64,000 bases of DNA from an uncultured candidatus Porisulfidus sp. (GTDB lineage: Bacteria > Pseudomonadota > Gammaproteobacteria > Poriferisulfidales > Poriferisulfidaceae), in NCBI GenBank assembly GCA_965116025.1, contig OZ220480.1:1760001-1824000 (forward strand), given 5' to 3'. A program made the translations under genes and the position numbers. This document shows, one piece after another, positions 10,069 through 19,631 of this stretch (its first letter is position 1; each line of letters begins with the position of its first letter). The notes under the pieces were generated by a model. The model searched no databases, was not told the origin of the DNA, and saw nothing but the letters and a program-made list of their open reading frames with translations.

Positions 10069-12020
10069 GCTCTTCTCCTGCCGCGCCGATAGCGGTAGCG
10101 ACGGTCTGACAGCGCCAGCAGCCCGCCGAGCGACATCAGCAAGGCTCCGCCCCACAGCCACTGGACGAACGGCTTGACGTACAGGCGCACTCCCCAACCG
10201 CCGCCAGGCTGGGCCACTCCGAGAGCCGCGTACACGTCGCGCCAGATCGTCGAATGGATGGCGACCTCGGTCATGGGCGCGTCCTGGACCAGATAAACTC
10301 GCTTCTCCGGGCGCAATTCCGTCACCGGCTCGCCGTCGCGGAGCACTGAGAGGCGCCCTTGCTGGGCGCGGTAATTCGGCCCGTCCACCTCCCGCGCGCC
10401 ACGAAACACGAACTCGTATCCGGCGAGGGTCACGGCGTCGCCCTCGTTCATCACCAGTTCTCGCTCCATCGAGAAAGCCGTGGTGAACGCGATGCCGAGC
10501 GCGACCACGCCGAGTCCGACGTGCGCGCAGGTCATCCCGACCATGTGCCTGGGTAGATGACGCAGACTATAGCCGGTGCCGGCGCCCCTCCGCATGCGGG
10601 AGAACTGCCGCCACAGCGCGGCCAGCGGCCCCGAGACGCACCAGATCCCAAGCATGGTCCCCGCCACCACCAAGGGCGAGCGCGAATCGAAAACAGCCCA
10701 TGGAATCGCGACGCCGAGCGCCAGCGCCAGCGCCAGCGGCGCCTGGAGCCGCCGTAGCAATTCGCGGGCCCGCGCCTTTTTCCAGCGCGAAACCGGCCCG
10801 ACCGCGGCGAGAAACAAAAGCGGCAGCATCAGAGGCAGAAACACCAAATTGAAATACGGTGGCCCGACTGACATCGACGGCAGACCCAGAACGTCCACGA
10901 TCAGGGGGTACAGGGTGCCGAGCAAGATGGCGAAAGTGGCGACCAGCAAGAAGACGTTGTTGAGCAGCAACAGGGTTTCCCGCGAGAGCAGCTCGAAATG
11001 CCCCATGCTCTCGATGCGGTGGGCGCGCGACGCGTACAGCACCAGCCCGCCGCCGGTGACCAGTGCCAGGAAGCCCAGAATGTAGACCCCGCGGGCCGGG
11101 TCGTTCGCGAACGCATGCACCGACACCAGCACCCCGGAGCGCACCAGGAACGTTCCCAGCAAGCTGAGCGAGAACGCCAGCAGCGCCAGCAATACGGTCC
11201 AGCGCTTGAAGGCGTTGCGTTTCTCGGTGACCGCTAGGGAATGGATCAGCGCGGTCCCGACCAGCCATGGCATGAACGAGGCGTTCTCCACCGGATCCCA
11301 GAACCACCATCCGCCCCAGCCGAGCTCATGGTAGGCCCACCAGCTGCCTAGCCCAATGCCCAGCGTCAGAAACACCCACGCGGCGGTCACCCATGGACGC
11401 GTCCAGCGCGCCCAAGCCGCATGCAGATGGCCACCCCACAGGGCCGCGATGGCGAACGCGAAGGCGACCGCGAATCCCACGTAGCCCATGTACAGCATCG
11501 GCGGATGAATCACGAGACCTGGATCCTGCAGCAATGGATTCAGGTCACGTCCCTGTGGCGCTGGCGGGATCAGGCGGTCGAATGGGTTGGAGGTCGCCAG
11601 CATGAAGGCCAGAAATCCTAGGCTGACGAAGCCCAGAACGGCCAGCACGCGCGCCCGAAATAACATCGGGAGGCGACGGCTCAGCGCCACCACCGCCACA
11701 GTCCAGATCGACAGGATCAGCGACCACAGAAGCAACGACCCCTCATGCGCGCCCCACACACCGGAGATTCGGTAGGCCAGCGGCAACTCCGCGTTGGAGT
11801 TGTTGGCGACGTAGCGCACGGAGAAATCATGCTCGACGAACGCCCAGGTCAGCGCCAGGTAGGCTAGCAGCACCAAGAGCCCCTGGCCGAGCGCGAGCGA
11901 ATAGGCCCCGCGCATCAGGGTCGGGTTCCCGCGCAGGGTTCCGAGAGATGGAAGCGCCGCCTGCAGGCCCGCCAGCACGCAGGCCAAGACCAGAGCGAAA
12001 TGCCCGAGTTCCGGGATCAC
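10065..12020 (-). CDS. ccmF: Heme lyase CcmF
   Basis: WGAHEGS, IHPPMLY, WGGWWFWDPVENAS, SVHAFA. Confidence 0.98.
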   Translation of the reverse strand: MIPELGHFALVLACVLAGLQAALPSLGTLRGNPTLMRGAYSLALGQGLLVLLAYLALTWAFVEHDFSVRYVANNSNAELPLAYRISGVWGAHEGSLLLWSLILSIWTVAVVALSRRLPMLFRARVLAVLGFVSLGFLAFMLATSNPFDRLIPPAPQGRDLNPLLQDPGLVIHPPMLYMGYVGFAVAFAFAIAALWGGHLHAAWARWTRPWVTAAWVFLTLGIGLGSWWAYHELGWGGWWFWDPVENASFMPWLVGTALIHSLAVTEKRNAFKRWTVLLALLAFSLSLLGTFLVRSGVLVSVHAFANDPARGVYILGFLALVTGGGLVLYASRAHRIESMGHFELLSRETLLLLNNVFLLVATFAILLGTLYPLIVDVLGLPSMSVGPPYFNLVFLPLMLPLLFLAAVGPVSRWKKARARELLRRLQAPLALALALGVAIPWAVFDSRSPLVVAGTMLGIWCVSGPLAALWRQFSRMRRGAGTGYSLRHLPRHMVGMTCAHVGLGVVALGIAFTTAFSMERELVMNEGDAVTLAGYEFVFRGAREVDGPNYRAQQGRLSVLRDGEPVTELRPEKRVYLVQDAPMTEVAIHSTIWRDVYAALGVAQPGGGWGVRLYVKPFVQWLWGGALLMSLGGLLALSDRRYRYRRGRRRA

Positions 12021-12466
12021 CGAGAGATCCCGACCGGAGCCCGCTTCACCTCGTCCAGCGCTTTCGCCACTTCCGGTGGCATATAGCTCTCGTCATGTTT
12101 CGCCAACACTTCCCGCGCCACGAACACGCCATCCTCGTCCAGCCACCCCAAGGCGACGATGCCCTGTCCTTCGCGAAACAGGTCAGGCAGCAGGCCGTGG
12201 TAGCGCACCGCCAAATCGCGCGCGCCATCGGTCAAGGAGAATCGCACCCGCATCGTGCCGACTTGCCTCCGCACGCTGCCCTCGGCCACCAAGCCCCCCA
12301 GGCGGAACGTGGAGTTTGGTTCCACCATGCCGGCGGCCACCTGCGACGGACTGTAGAAATACAGAAGATTCTGCTGGAACGCGTACAGCATCAGCCCCAC
12401 CCCGGCGGCGACGCCAACGGAGACGGCCACGGCCAAGCCAAGACGTCGCTTCTGTCGGGCGTTCAT
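12017..12466 (-). CDS. ccmE: Heme chaperone CcmE
   Basis: LPDLFREGQG and LAKHDESYMPPEV. Confidence 0.97.
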   Translation of the reverse strand: MNARQKRRLGLAVAVSVGVAAGVGLMLYAFQQNLLYFYSPSQVAAGMVEPNSTFRLGGLVAEGSVRRQVGTMRVRFSLTDGARDLAVRYHGLLPDLFREGQGIVALGWLDEDGVFVAREVLAKHDESYMPPEVAKALDEVKRAPVGISR

Positions 12467-12501
12467 GACCGGCCTATTTTAACGAAGGCTCGGAGCCTTG
12501 A

Positions 12502-12654
12502 TCAGCGGGCCGCTCTCCGGTCGCCTCTTCCGCTTTTCAATTTTCGGTGCCGCCACCACGGCTCGATGGCGTTGCCGATCAACGCGACCGCCACTAAGGC
12601 GTAGGCGCCCCAGACGTAGAGCGCGTAGCCGCCCATCGCGAGGAACTCAGCCAC
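12502..12654 (-). CDS. ccmD: Heme exporter protein CcmD (50 aa)
   Basis: Manual translation from GTG: EFLAMGGYALYVWGAY, TM, basic tail; lies between ccmC and ccmE. Confidence 0.88.
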   Translation of the reverse strand: MAEFLAMGGYALYVWGAYALVAVALIGNAIEPWWRHRKLKSGRGDRRAAR

Positions 12655-13384
12655 CACGCTCCTCCGCGACCCACTGCCGGTCCGCCTCTCGCTCCAGAAC
12701 GCGGGTTCGAACGCGCGCGAACAGGACTGTCCAGAAATACAGGACGAACGTCGCGCCCATCCACAACAAGGGCCACAGCATGCTCGAATGCGCCGCCGGT
12801 TTGTCGAAGCGAGTCACCGTGGCTCCCTGATGGAGCGTGTTCCACCACTCCACCGAGTAGTGAATGATCGGGATGTTGACGATGCCCGCGAGGGCGAGCA
12901 CGGACGCGACCCGCGCGCCCTTGCGGGGATCCGCGAACGCGTTGCGCAAGCCCAGAACTCCGAGATAGAGGAACAGCAGAATCAGTTCCGACAGCAGGCG
13001 CGCGTCTCCCCATTGCCACCATGCGCCCCACATCGGCTTGCCCCAGAGCATCCCGGTGGCGAGCGCCAAGGCGGTGAACCAGGTGCCGAGCACCGCGCAC
13101 TCGTAGACCGCGATCTCAGCCAGTTTCACGTGCCAGACCAGAGCGGCCAGTCCCGCCGCCGCCATCACCATGTAAGCCATGAGAGAGAGCCAGGCCGACG
13201 GGACGTGAACGTAGATGATCCGGTAGGCCTCGCCCTGCTGGTAGTCTGGAGGCGCCACGACCAATCCCCAGTACAGGCCCACGGCGAACCCTAGCGCGGT
13301 CAGCGTGGAGAGCCATGGCAACCAGGCTCCGGAGCGCGCGTAGAAGTGCCGAGGGGAGGAGAGTGGAGCGTATCGATCAAGCAT
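12647..13384 (-). CDS. ccmC: Heme ABC transporter permease CcmC
   Basis: YVHVP, WGKPMWGAWWQWGDARL, SVEWWNTLHQ. Confidence 0.97.
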   Translation of the reverse strand: MLDRYAPLSSPRHFYARSGAWLPWLSTLTALGFAVGLYWGLVVAPPDYQQGEAYRIIYVHVPSAWLSLMAYMVMAAAGLAALVWHVKLAEIAVYECAVLGTWFTALALATGMLWGKPMWGAWWQWGDARLLSELILLFLYLGVLGLRNAFADPRKGARVASVLALAGIVNIPIIHYSVEWWNTLHQGATVTRFDKPAAHSSMLWPLLWMGATFVLYFWTVLFARVRTRVLEREADRQWVAEERGG

Positions 13385-13388
13385 CTTG

Positions 13389-14057
13389 CTATTCCTGACT
13401 GACGCGCAGAGCCGCCGCGGTCGCGAGGGGAATCAGGCTCGCGCTCAGACACAGCAAGCCTCCCAGCAACGCCAAGGCCCCGGCGACGGGCTGCCCTTCC
13501 ATCGCCGCGCTTGTCGCCCCGGCGCCGAACATCAACACCGGTATGTACAGTGGCAACACGATCAGGGCCAGCAGGATTCCGCCGCGCGGCAGACCCAAGG
13601 TCAGCGCCGCGCCCAGCGCGCCAATCCAGCACAGCGCGGGCATCCCCAGCGCCATGGAGACGAGCAACGTCCCGAGCGCCTCGCCCCGGAGTCCCAACCA
13701 CCCCGCCAACAGTGGGCTGGCCAGGATGAGCGGCGACGAGACGATCATCGCGTGCGCGAGCAGTTTCGCCAGCGCCAGCCAGCTTAATGATACTCCACTG
13801 GTCACCCACAGTCCGATGCCGCCCTCCTCCAGGTCGGCCGAGAAGAGCGGTCCTTGCGCGAGCAGAACCGCTAGCAAGGCGGCCATCCAGAGCAGCGACG
13901 GAGCGGATCGCTCTAGCAGATCCGGGTGCGCTCCCGCCCCAAGCGGGAACAGCAACGTCACCAACGCGTAGAACGCCAGCGGCTGCAGCAACCGCCCGCG
14001 CCGCCGCCACGCCAGTCGGAATTCGCGGCGGAACACGGCGACGAAAACGTCGCGCAT
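13389..14057 (-). CDS. ccmB: Heme exporter protein CcmB
   Basis: LFPLG, GAALT, LVLPLYIPVLMFG-type motif; start ATG 14057 or GTG 14060. Confidence 0.93.
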   Translation of the reverse strand: MRDVFVAVFRREFRLAWRRRGRLLQPLAFYALVTLLFPLGAGAHPDLLERSAPSLLWMAALLAVLLAQGPLFSADLEEGGIGLWVTSGVSLSWLALAKLLAHAMIVSSPLILASPLLAGWLGLRGEALGTLLVSMALGMPALCWIGALGAALTLGLPRGGILLALIVLPLYIPVLMFGAGATSAAMEGQPVAGALALLGGLLCLSASLIPLATAAALRVSQE

Positions 14058-14638
14058 CACTCCCCCAGCCGCAAGGTCCAGCCCTGCAGAGAATCCGAAA
14101 GCTCGCGGTGCGTCGCCATCACCACCGCGCCGCCCCTCTCCAGTTGCCGCGACAAGCGCTCCTCGAACCAGCGGGTCGAGGCGTCGTCCAGAGAGGTCAA
14201 GGGCTCGTCCAGCAACCACAATCGGCGAGCGCTGAACGACAGCCGCGCCAACGCGACGCGCCGGACCTGCCCTTCCGATAGACGACCCGCCAGCGTCTCC
14301 GAGAAGCCGCTAAGCCCTACCGCGTCGAGGGCCAGCTCCACGTCTCCCATATAGTCGCCTTCCAACTTCGCCATGAACTCCAGATTCTCGCGGGCCGTCA
14401 GATCCGCGCTGACCGCCACCTGATGCCCGACCCACAACGCCGGCTCGGGCTCCCCCGTCCACGCGATCTCTCCCTCCTCGGCCGGCGACAGGCCCGCTAG
14501 CATTCTCAACAGCGAGGTCTTGCCACTGCCGTTGGCGCCGCGAAGCAACCACAACTGGCCGGTCGCGACCGCGAAGGAGAGATCCTCGAACAGGACGCGC
14601 CCGCCCCGGACGCAACTCAGCGCTCTCGCCTCAAGCAC
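14057..14638 (-). CDS. ccmA: Heme ABC exporter ATPase CcmA
   Basis: GANGSGKTSLLR, LSEGQVRRVALARL, LWLLDEP. Confidence 0.95.
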   Translation of the reverse strand: MLEARALSCVRGGRVLFEDLSFAVATGQLWLLRGANGSGKTSLLRMLAGLSPAEEGEIAWTGEPEPALWVGHQVAVSADLTARENLEFMAKLEGDYMGDVELALDAVGLSGFSETLAGRLSEGQVRRVALARLSFSARRLWLLDEPLTSLDDASTRWFEERLSRQLERGGAVVMATHRELSDSLQGWTLRLGE

Positions 14639-14652
14639 GAAGCCTCCAGGTT

Positions 14653-14681
14653 TTGACAGGCGGCGCGGTTGCCAGTAAAGT
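14653..14681 (+). promoter_or_regulatory. Sigma70 promoter for the napC-like gene (probably leaderless)
   Basis: TTGACA (14653-58), 17-nt spacer, TAAAGT (14676-81); ATG 7 nt downstream. Confidence 0.7.
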
Positions 14682-14688
14682 GTCGCGC

Positions 14689-15225
14689 ATGTGGAAAACG
14701 GTTTCAGCGGCGGCGGCGATCATGCTGGTGTCGGTCGGGCTCGCGGGCTCCATGGGCGCCTCTATGGTACTGGATGCGACCAACACCACGAAGTTCTGCA
14801 CCTCCTGCCACTCGATGCAGTGGAACGAGGCGGAGTGGATGGAATCCATGCATTTCAAGAACGTCTCCGGGGTGCGCGCCGGTTGCGCGGACTGCCACGT
14901 GCCGGAGGCGCTCGGCCCGAAGCTTGGCGCCAAACTGATCGCGGCGCGCGACGTGTGGGGCGAATTGATGGGAACCATCGATACGGCGGAGAAGTTCGAG
15001 GCGCACCGGTGGAAAATGGCCAGCCGGGTCTGGGACCGGATGAAGGCGAGCGACTCTCGGGAATGCCGAAGTTGCCATTCCTACGAGGCAATGGACACCG
15101 ACGAGCAGGACCGCACCGCGCGCAAGAAGCACCACAAAGCCCCCCAGCGAGGCAAGACCTGCATCGAGTGCCACAAGGGCGTCGCGCACAAGATGCCGAC
15201 CCGCCCGGTCGCGGCGAATCGTTGA
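14689..15225 (+). CDS. napC: NapC/NirT family tetraheme cytochrome c
   Basis: N-terminal TM; CTSCH, CADCH, CRSCH, CIECHKGVAH. Confidence 0.92.
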   Translation: MWKTVSAAAAIMLVSVGLAGSMGASMVLDATNTTKFCTSCHSMQWNEAEWMESMHFKNVSGVRAGCADCHVPEALGPKLGAKLIAARDVWGELMGTIDTAEKFEAHRWKMASRVWDRMKASDSRECRSCHSYEAMDTDEQDRTARKKHHKAPQRGKTCIECHKGVAHKMPTRPVAANR

Positions 15226-15262
15226 TCCCGCGTCCCGGGAACACAGATCGCGCCTCCTCGGT

Positions 15263-15310
15263 ATGAACCCCTTCCCGGCATCCCGATTCCCCGTGGTCAA
15301 TGAAGCGCGG
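15263..15310 (+). repeat. Direct repeat copy 1: stranded 5' end of the Dam-family methylase gene
   Basis: 41/48 nt identical to 18771-18818 (36/40 over the first 40); encodes MNPFPASRFPVVNEAR versus INPFPTSRFPAVNVAQ. Confidence 0.85.
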
Positions 15311-15403
15311 CGCCGAGGGAGGTGACGCGCTGGCGAAATCGTTTCTCGCGGGTCGATGCTCTCGCGCTGTTACTCGCCTCGAAAACCCTAAAGCGGCGTA
15401 ACC

Positions 15404-18349
15404 ATGCCAAGAACCTCAGAAGCGGCTTTCAACTACGGCCTGGGAACCGTGCTGCGGAAAAAACACCCGCGCTGGCACGACCGAATTCACTGCGAGCGAA
15501 CGAGCATATTGAACGAGGCGGCTCTGCGCCCCGACCTCATCATCCATCACCCGGGCGGCCTCCCCGTCGCCGTCGAGACGGAATACGTTCCCGCCCTATC
15601 CGTGGAGCTGGACGCATGCGGTCGACTGGGGAATACTCTGCGAAAAGCGGGCGCTCGCATCGAGCAAGCGATCGCGGTGCGCATCCCGGATAACCTCGCC
15701 CAGATTCAGCAAGATCAATTGGAAGAAGCGATCGAGAAGGCTGATCTCGAGTTTTGCGTATTATCCGGAAACCCAGAAGAACCATATCGGTATCCCTTAT
15801 CTGGATGGATTAATGGGGGCGTTAATGACCTCGCGGAGTGCGTCGAACTGGCCGCCCTGTCCGAGAATCAGATCGCTCTCGGCACGGAAATACTGGAGAA
15901 GGGCATCGACCAGGCCGCTAATTTTTTACGTGACGAATGCGTCGACGCGCCGTACACGCTCAAGATGATCGCGGCGAAGCTGCATCAGGAAGACGGTGAT
16001 CAGACATCAAGGATGGCGATGGCCATTCTCACCAACGCGCTCACTTTTCATCTCTCGATCGCGGGCGCTCATGACATACCGGGGCTTGACGAATTACGTC
16101 AGGATCCTCCATACAAAAGACGAATTCTTGATGTTTGGCAGCACATACTGAAAAACGTCAATTATTGGCCGATTTTCAAGATCGCATCCGATGTCCTGCT
16201 GCCGATTCGAAGCGGAGTCGCCACCAAATTGCTGGAAAAACTCTCCGGCATCGCGATGCAATTGGACGAAATGGGGATGACCAGCAAGCACGACCTCTGT
16301 GGCCGCATGTTTCAACGGCTGATCACGGATCGAAAATTTCTCGCGACGTTCTACACCTTACCAAGTTCCGCGGCCTTGCTCGCCGAACTCGCCATTGATC
16401 GTCTTGATATCGATTGGTTTGACCGAGAAGCGGTGACCTCGCTTCGAGTTGGCGATTTCGCTTGCGGCACGGGAGCTCTTCTGTACGCGTCCTACGGAGC
16501 CATCCTCTCTCGCTATCGACGCGGTGGGAAAGACGATAGCGATATCCACCCGGAAATGATGGAGCGCGCGCTGGTTGGCGCGGATATCATGCCGGCGGCG
16601 ACCCATCTGACCGCGTCCATCCTGTCAAGCGCGCATCCAAGCGTACCCTTCACCAATACGTCCATTCTCACTCTGCCGTATGGGAAGCAACCGATTGAGC
16701 ATGGCGAGCAACTTCTCGAACTCGGCTCGCTTGAGCTGATGCTCAAGGAATCGACAAAACCGATCTTCGGTACTGGCAGGAAAAGGATGCGGGGAATCGA
16801 GAAAATGAAAGAGGGGAAAGAGGAGCAAATGGACATACCGCACAAAACGTTTGATATCGTCATCATGAACCCGCCATTCACGAGACCAACCAACCACAAG
16901 ATCACTGACGTTCCCGTTCCTTCGTTCGCAGGCTTCTCAAATAGCGGCGACGAACAAAGAGAAATGTCGAAGCGACTCAAGTCGCTCTCTAGAAAAGTCA
17001 AGTCAGCTTATCAAGAGAATTTGGCTGGTCATGGGAACGCCGGACTCGCCTCAAACTTTCTCGATATCGCCCACGTCAAGCTCAAGAGCCCGGGTGGAGT
17101 GCTGGCCATAGTTCTTCCCGCTTCGTTTCTGCAGGGCGAATCGTGGACTTCCGCGCGCGAGCTATTGCGCAGGTTCTACAAAGATATCATGATCATAAGC
17201 ATCGCCGACACTGGCGCGACCATGTACGCTTTCTCCGCCGACACCAACATGGCGGAAGTGCTGGTCGTCGCGACGAGGCGAGAAGACCCCGCTCAGGAAA
17301 ACGGGAAGGCGCTCTTCGTCAATCTCAGGCATCGTCCAGAAACGATCCTTGAAGCGAAAGATATTGCGCGGAGCGTTCGGTGGCAACGCCTTCAGGCCGA
17401 TCTTTCTGGCGTGACCGCGACCGATGCTGGATCTGAACAGGCTATCGCGAATATCATCAGAGGGTCCATGTCAGAGACTGGTTGCGCGGGCATTCGCGAT
17501 GCGGAGGTGGCGAAAGCGGCGATAGGGTTGGCGGAAGGCGAATTGTCGTTGCCCCGTCACCAAAAAACCATACCACTTCGTACCGTACGGCTTGGAGACT
17601 TGGGTGAACGAGGCCTACTGCACAGAGACATCAGTGGAAAAGATGGAAAATCCAGCCATCCGAGAGGACCGTTTGACATCGTGGACTTAGTTCCAAGCGA
17701 AGTGCCCACTTGGCCCGCTCTATGGGCGCATAAAGCCAGTAGGGAAAGGCGCATGACGGTTTCCCCTGATAGCCAAGGACAAGCTCGGCAAGGATGTGAT
17801 GGGCGAGCCACAAAAACGTGGAAGGCGACGGCGTCCCGCCTGCATTTCAGTTTGGACTTCTCGTTGGCATCACAATCTCTAGCGGCCTGCCTCACACCTG
17901 ATTTATCCATAGGCGGGCGGGCTTGGCCTAACTTTCTCTGCACCGAGCCGCGATGGGAGACTCCGCTCGTCCTTTGGGCCAATACGATCTTCGGACTGGT
18001 TTCCATGTGGTGGACTGGCTCCCGACAGCAGACGGGACGAGCCATACTCACGATTTCGCGATTGGAAACGCTCGTGACTCTTGACGCGCGGCACCTCACA
18101 AAGGCGCAATTGGATCGTGCGGAAGTCATCTTTGACGATTTCCAAAATCGAGAGTTACTTCCCGCCAGCCAGGCATGGAAAGATGACGCGCGGCAAGCCT
18201 TGGACCGGGCCGTTCTGGTCGATCTTCTGGAATTGCCCGAAGATATTTTGGAGCCATTGGACTTGCTGCGCAAAAAATGGTGCGCGGAACCTTCCGTGCA
18301 CGGAGGGAGGAAAACCGCGATAATATTCGATGACGATGCGGCAGGGTAG
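15404..18349 (+). CDS. Fused restriction-modification enzyme (type IIG-like; nuclease + m6A MTase + TRD)
   Basis: N-terminal RPDL...VAVETE; FYT, DFACGTG (motif I), MNPPF (motif IV), VLP; long C-terminal region. Confidence 0.8.
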   Translation: MPRTSEAAFNYGLGTVLRKKHPRWHDRIHCERTSILNEAALRPDLIIHHPGGLPVAVETEYVPALSVELDACGRLGNTLRKAGARIEQAIAVRIPDNLAQIQQDQLEEAIEKADLEFCVLSGNPEEPYRYPLSGWINGGVNDLAECVELAALSENQIALGTEILEKGIDQAANFLRDECVDAPYTLKMIAAKLHQEDGDQTSRMAMAILTNALTFHLSIAGAHDIPGLDELRQDPPYKRRILDVWQHILKNVNYWPIFKIASDVLLPIRSGVATKLLEKLSGIAMQLDEMGMTSKHDLCGRMFQRLITDRKFLATFYTLPSSAALLAELAIDRLDIDWFDREAVTSLRVGDFACGTGALLYASYGAILSRYRRGGKDDSDIHPEMMERALVGADIMPAATHLTASILSSAHPSVPFTNTSILTLPYGKQPIEHGEQLLELGSLELMLKESTKPIFGTGRKRMRGIEKMKEGKEEQMDIPHKTFDIVIMNPPFTRPTNHKITDVPVPSFAGFSNSGDEQREMSKRLKSLSRKVKSAYQENLAGHGNAGLASNFLDIAHVKLKSPGGVLAIVLPASFLQGESWTSARELLRRFYKDIMIISIADTGATMYAFSADTNMAEVLVVATRREDPAQENGKALFVNLRHRPETILEAKDIARSVRWQRLQADLSGVTATDAGSEQAIANIIRGSMSETGCAGIRDAEVAKAAIGLAEGELSLPRHQKTIPLRTVRLGDLGERGLLHRDISGKDGKSSHPRGPFDIVDLVPSEVPTWPALWAHKASRERRMTVSPDSQGQARQGCDGRATKTWKATASRLHFSLDFSLASQSLAACLTPDLSIGGRAWPNFLCTEPRWETPLVLWANTIFGLVSMWWTGSRQQTGRAILTISRLETLVTLDARHLTKAQLDRAEVIFDDFQNRELLPASQAWKDDARQALDRAVLVDLLELPEDILEPLDLLRKKWCAEPSVHGGRKTAIIFDDDAAG

Positions 18350-18545
18350 TATCTCTCACTGTTTTCCAGCGAGTTTCCCGCGTCTGGGTGAGCGGTCGCT
18401 CATGCTATGCTACTTATATGAAGCCGAAGCCAATGATCCCCCGTGATTTTTCGGCAATGTCACACCGGAAAACATGGCGCGAGCGCTGATACGGCCGCAC
18501 CGTCAGATTCCACCGTCACGAACGAGCCCAAGGTAGGAGAATAGT

Positions 18546-18704
18546 CTACGTCCGACTTGTCCAGCGAATGCCCCCAACCCCCAGATCTAGCGCATGCTCA
18601 AGAAACTCTTGGATATGCGGATCCAGGAGTTTCAGACCGATATTATGGAAGACACCCTTGAGGACGCGATGAAGCATCGACCAGGCGGACTCGATTCCCT
18701 TGGT
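18546..18704 (-). mobile_element. IS1595-family transposase C-terminal remnant
   Basis: Minus-strand translation TKGIESAWSMLHRVLKGVFHNIGLKLLDPHIQEF fits the IS1595 TNxIExxWxxLKRxxxGxxHxxSxKHLxxYxxEF signature. Confidence 0.75.
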
Positions 18705-19631
18705 TCGCGCTCATCCATAAGCGGCGAACCGCCTCGCACCACCTGGCAACGCCGGTCGGAACTCTCCAGCATAAACCCCTTCCCGACATCCCGATTTCCC
18801 GCGGTCAATGTGGCGCAGGTCCCGCAACGCAGCCCGCTTCGATATCCCGGCGGGAAAACTTGGCTCATCCCCCATATCCGGGAATGGCTTTCCATAACGA
18901 AACCTCGAATTCTAGTCGAACCTTTCGCCGGTGGCGGGATCGTCTCCCTCACGGCGATAATGGAAAACCTGGTCGAGAGAATCATCATGGTGGAGCTCGA
19001 TCATGATGTCGCCGCTTTCTGGCATACGGCGCTACGGGACGGAAATGCTCTGGCGGAAAGAATTCGGCGCTTCACGCCAACTCCCGAGCGAGTGGCCGAG
19101 CTAGAGCGTCAAGCCCCTTGTCACGTCACGGACCACGGCTTCCGAACGCTCGTCCTAAACCGTACCCGGAAAGCCGGAATTCTCGCGCCCGGCGCGTCGT
19201 ATAGCAAACGTGGAGAAAATGGCAAGGGCATCTGCTCTCGCTGGTATCCCGACACACTGGTCGCGCGTTTGGAGGCGATTAATGAGCATGCCGAGAAAAT
19301 CACGTTCTGCGAAACCGACGGAATGGAGATTTTGGGGCCTCTGCTCTACGGATGGGGACATTCGGCGGCCGTATTCATCGATCCTCCCTATACCGCTGGA
19401 GGAAAACGTGCCGGAGCAAGGCTGTACGCGCATAGCGAAATCAATCATGCTAGGCTTTTTCAGATGCTCGCGCGCCGCCGAACGAATTTTTTGATGACGT
19501 ACGATTGCGCGCCAGAAATCGTGGACTTGGTGCGGAGGTACGGCTTCCACGCGGTTTCGGTAACGATGAAAAACGCGCATCACCGATATCAATCGGAGTT
19601 AATCATCACGAACGAGCCAATGTTCGCATGA
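18594..19631 (+). CDS. DNA adenine methylase (Dam/D12 class); true start uncertain (ancestral ~18771, GTG 18810 possible)
   Basis: SPLRYPGGKT, VEPFAGGG, FIDPPY. Confidence 0.9.
   Translation: MLKKLLDMRIQEFQTDIMEDTLEDAMKHRPGGLDSLGSRSSISGEPPRTTWQRRSELSSINPFPTSRFPAVNVAQVPQRSPLRYPGGKTWLIPHIREWLSITKPRILVEPFAGGGIVSLTAIMENLVERIIMVELDHDVAAFWHTALRDGNALAERIRRFTPTPERVAELERQAPCHVTDHGFRTLVLNRTRKAGILAPGASYSKRGENGKGICSRWYPDTLVARLEAINEHAEKITFCETDGMEILGPLLYGWGHSAAVFIDPPYTAGGKRAGARLYAHSEINHARLFQMLARRRTNFLMTYDCAPEIVDLVRRYGFHAVSVTMKNAHHRYQSELIITNEPMFA
18771..18818 (+). repeat. Direct repeat copy 2 (5' part of the methylase gene, ATA at the ATG position)
   Basis: Matches 15263-15310. Confidence 0.85.

Noticed and set aside
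10713-10740. Short GCGCCA tandem repeat in ccmF
   Set aside because: It encodes Leu-Ala repeats of a TM helix in frame, with no evidence of phase variation.
18594-18770. Novel N-terminal domain on the Dam-family methylase
   Set aside because: Better explained as the antisense of an IS1595 remnant.
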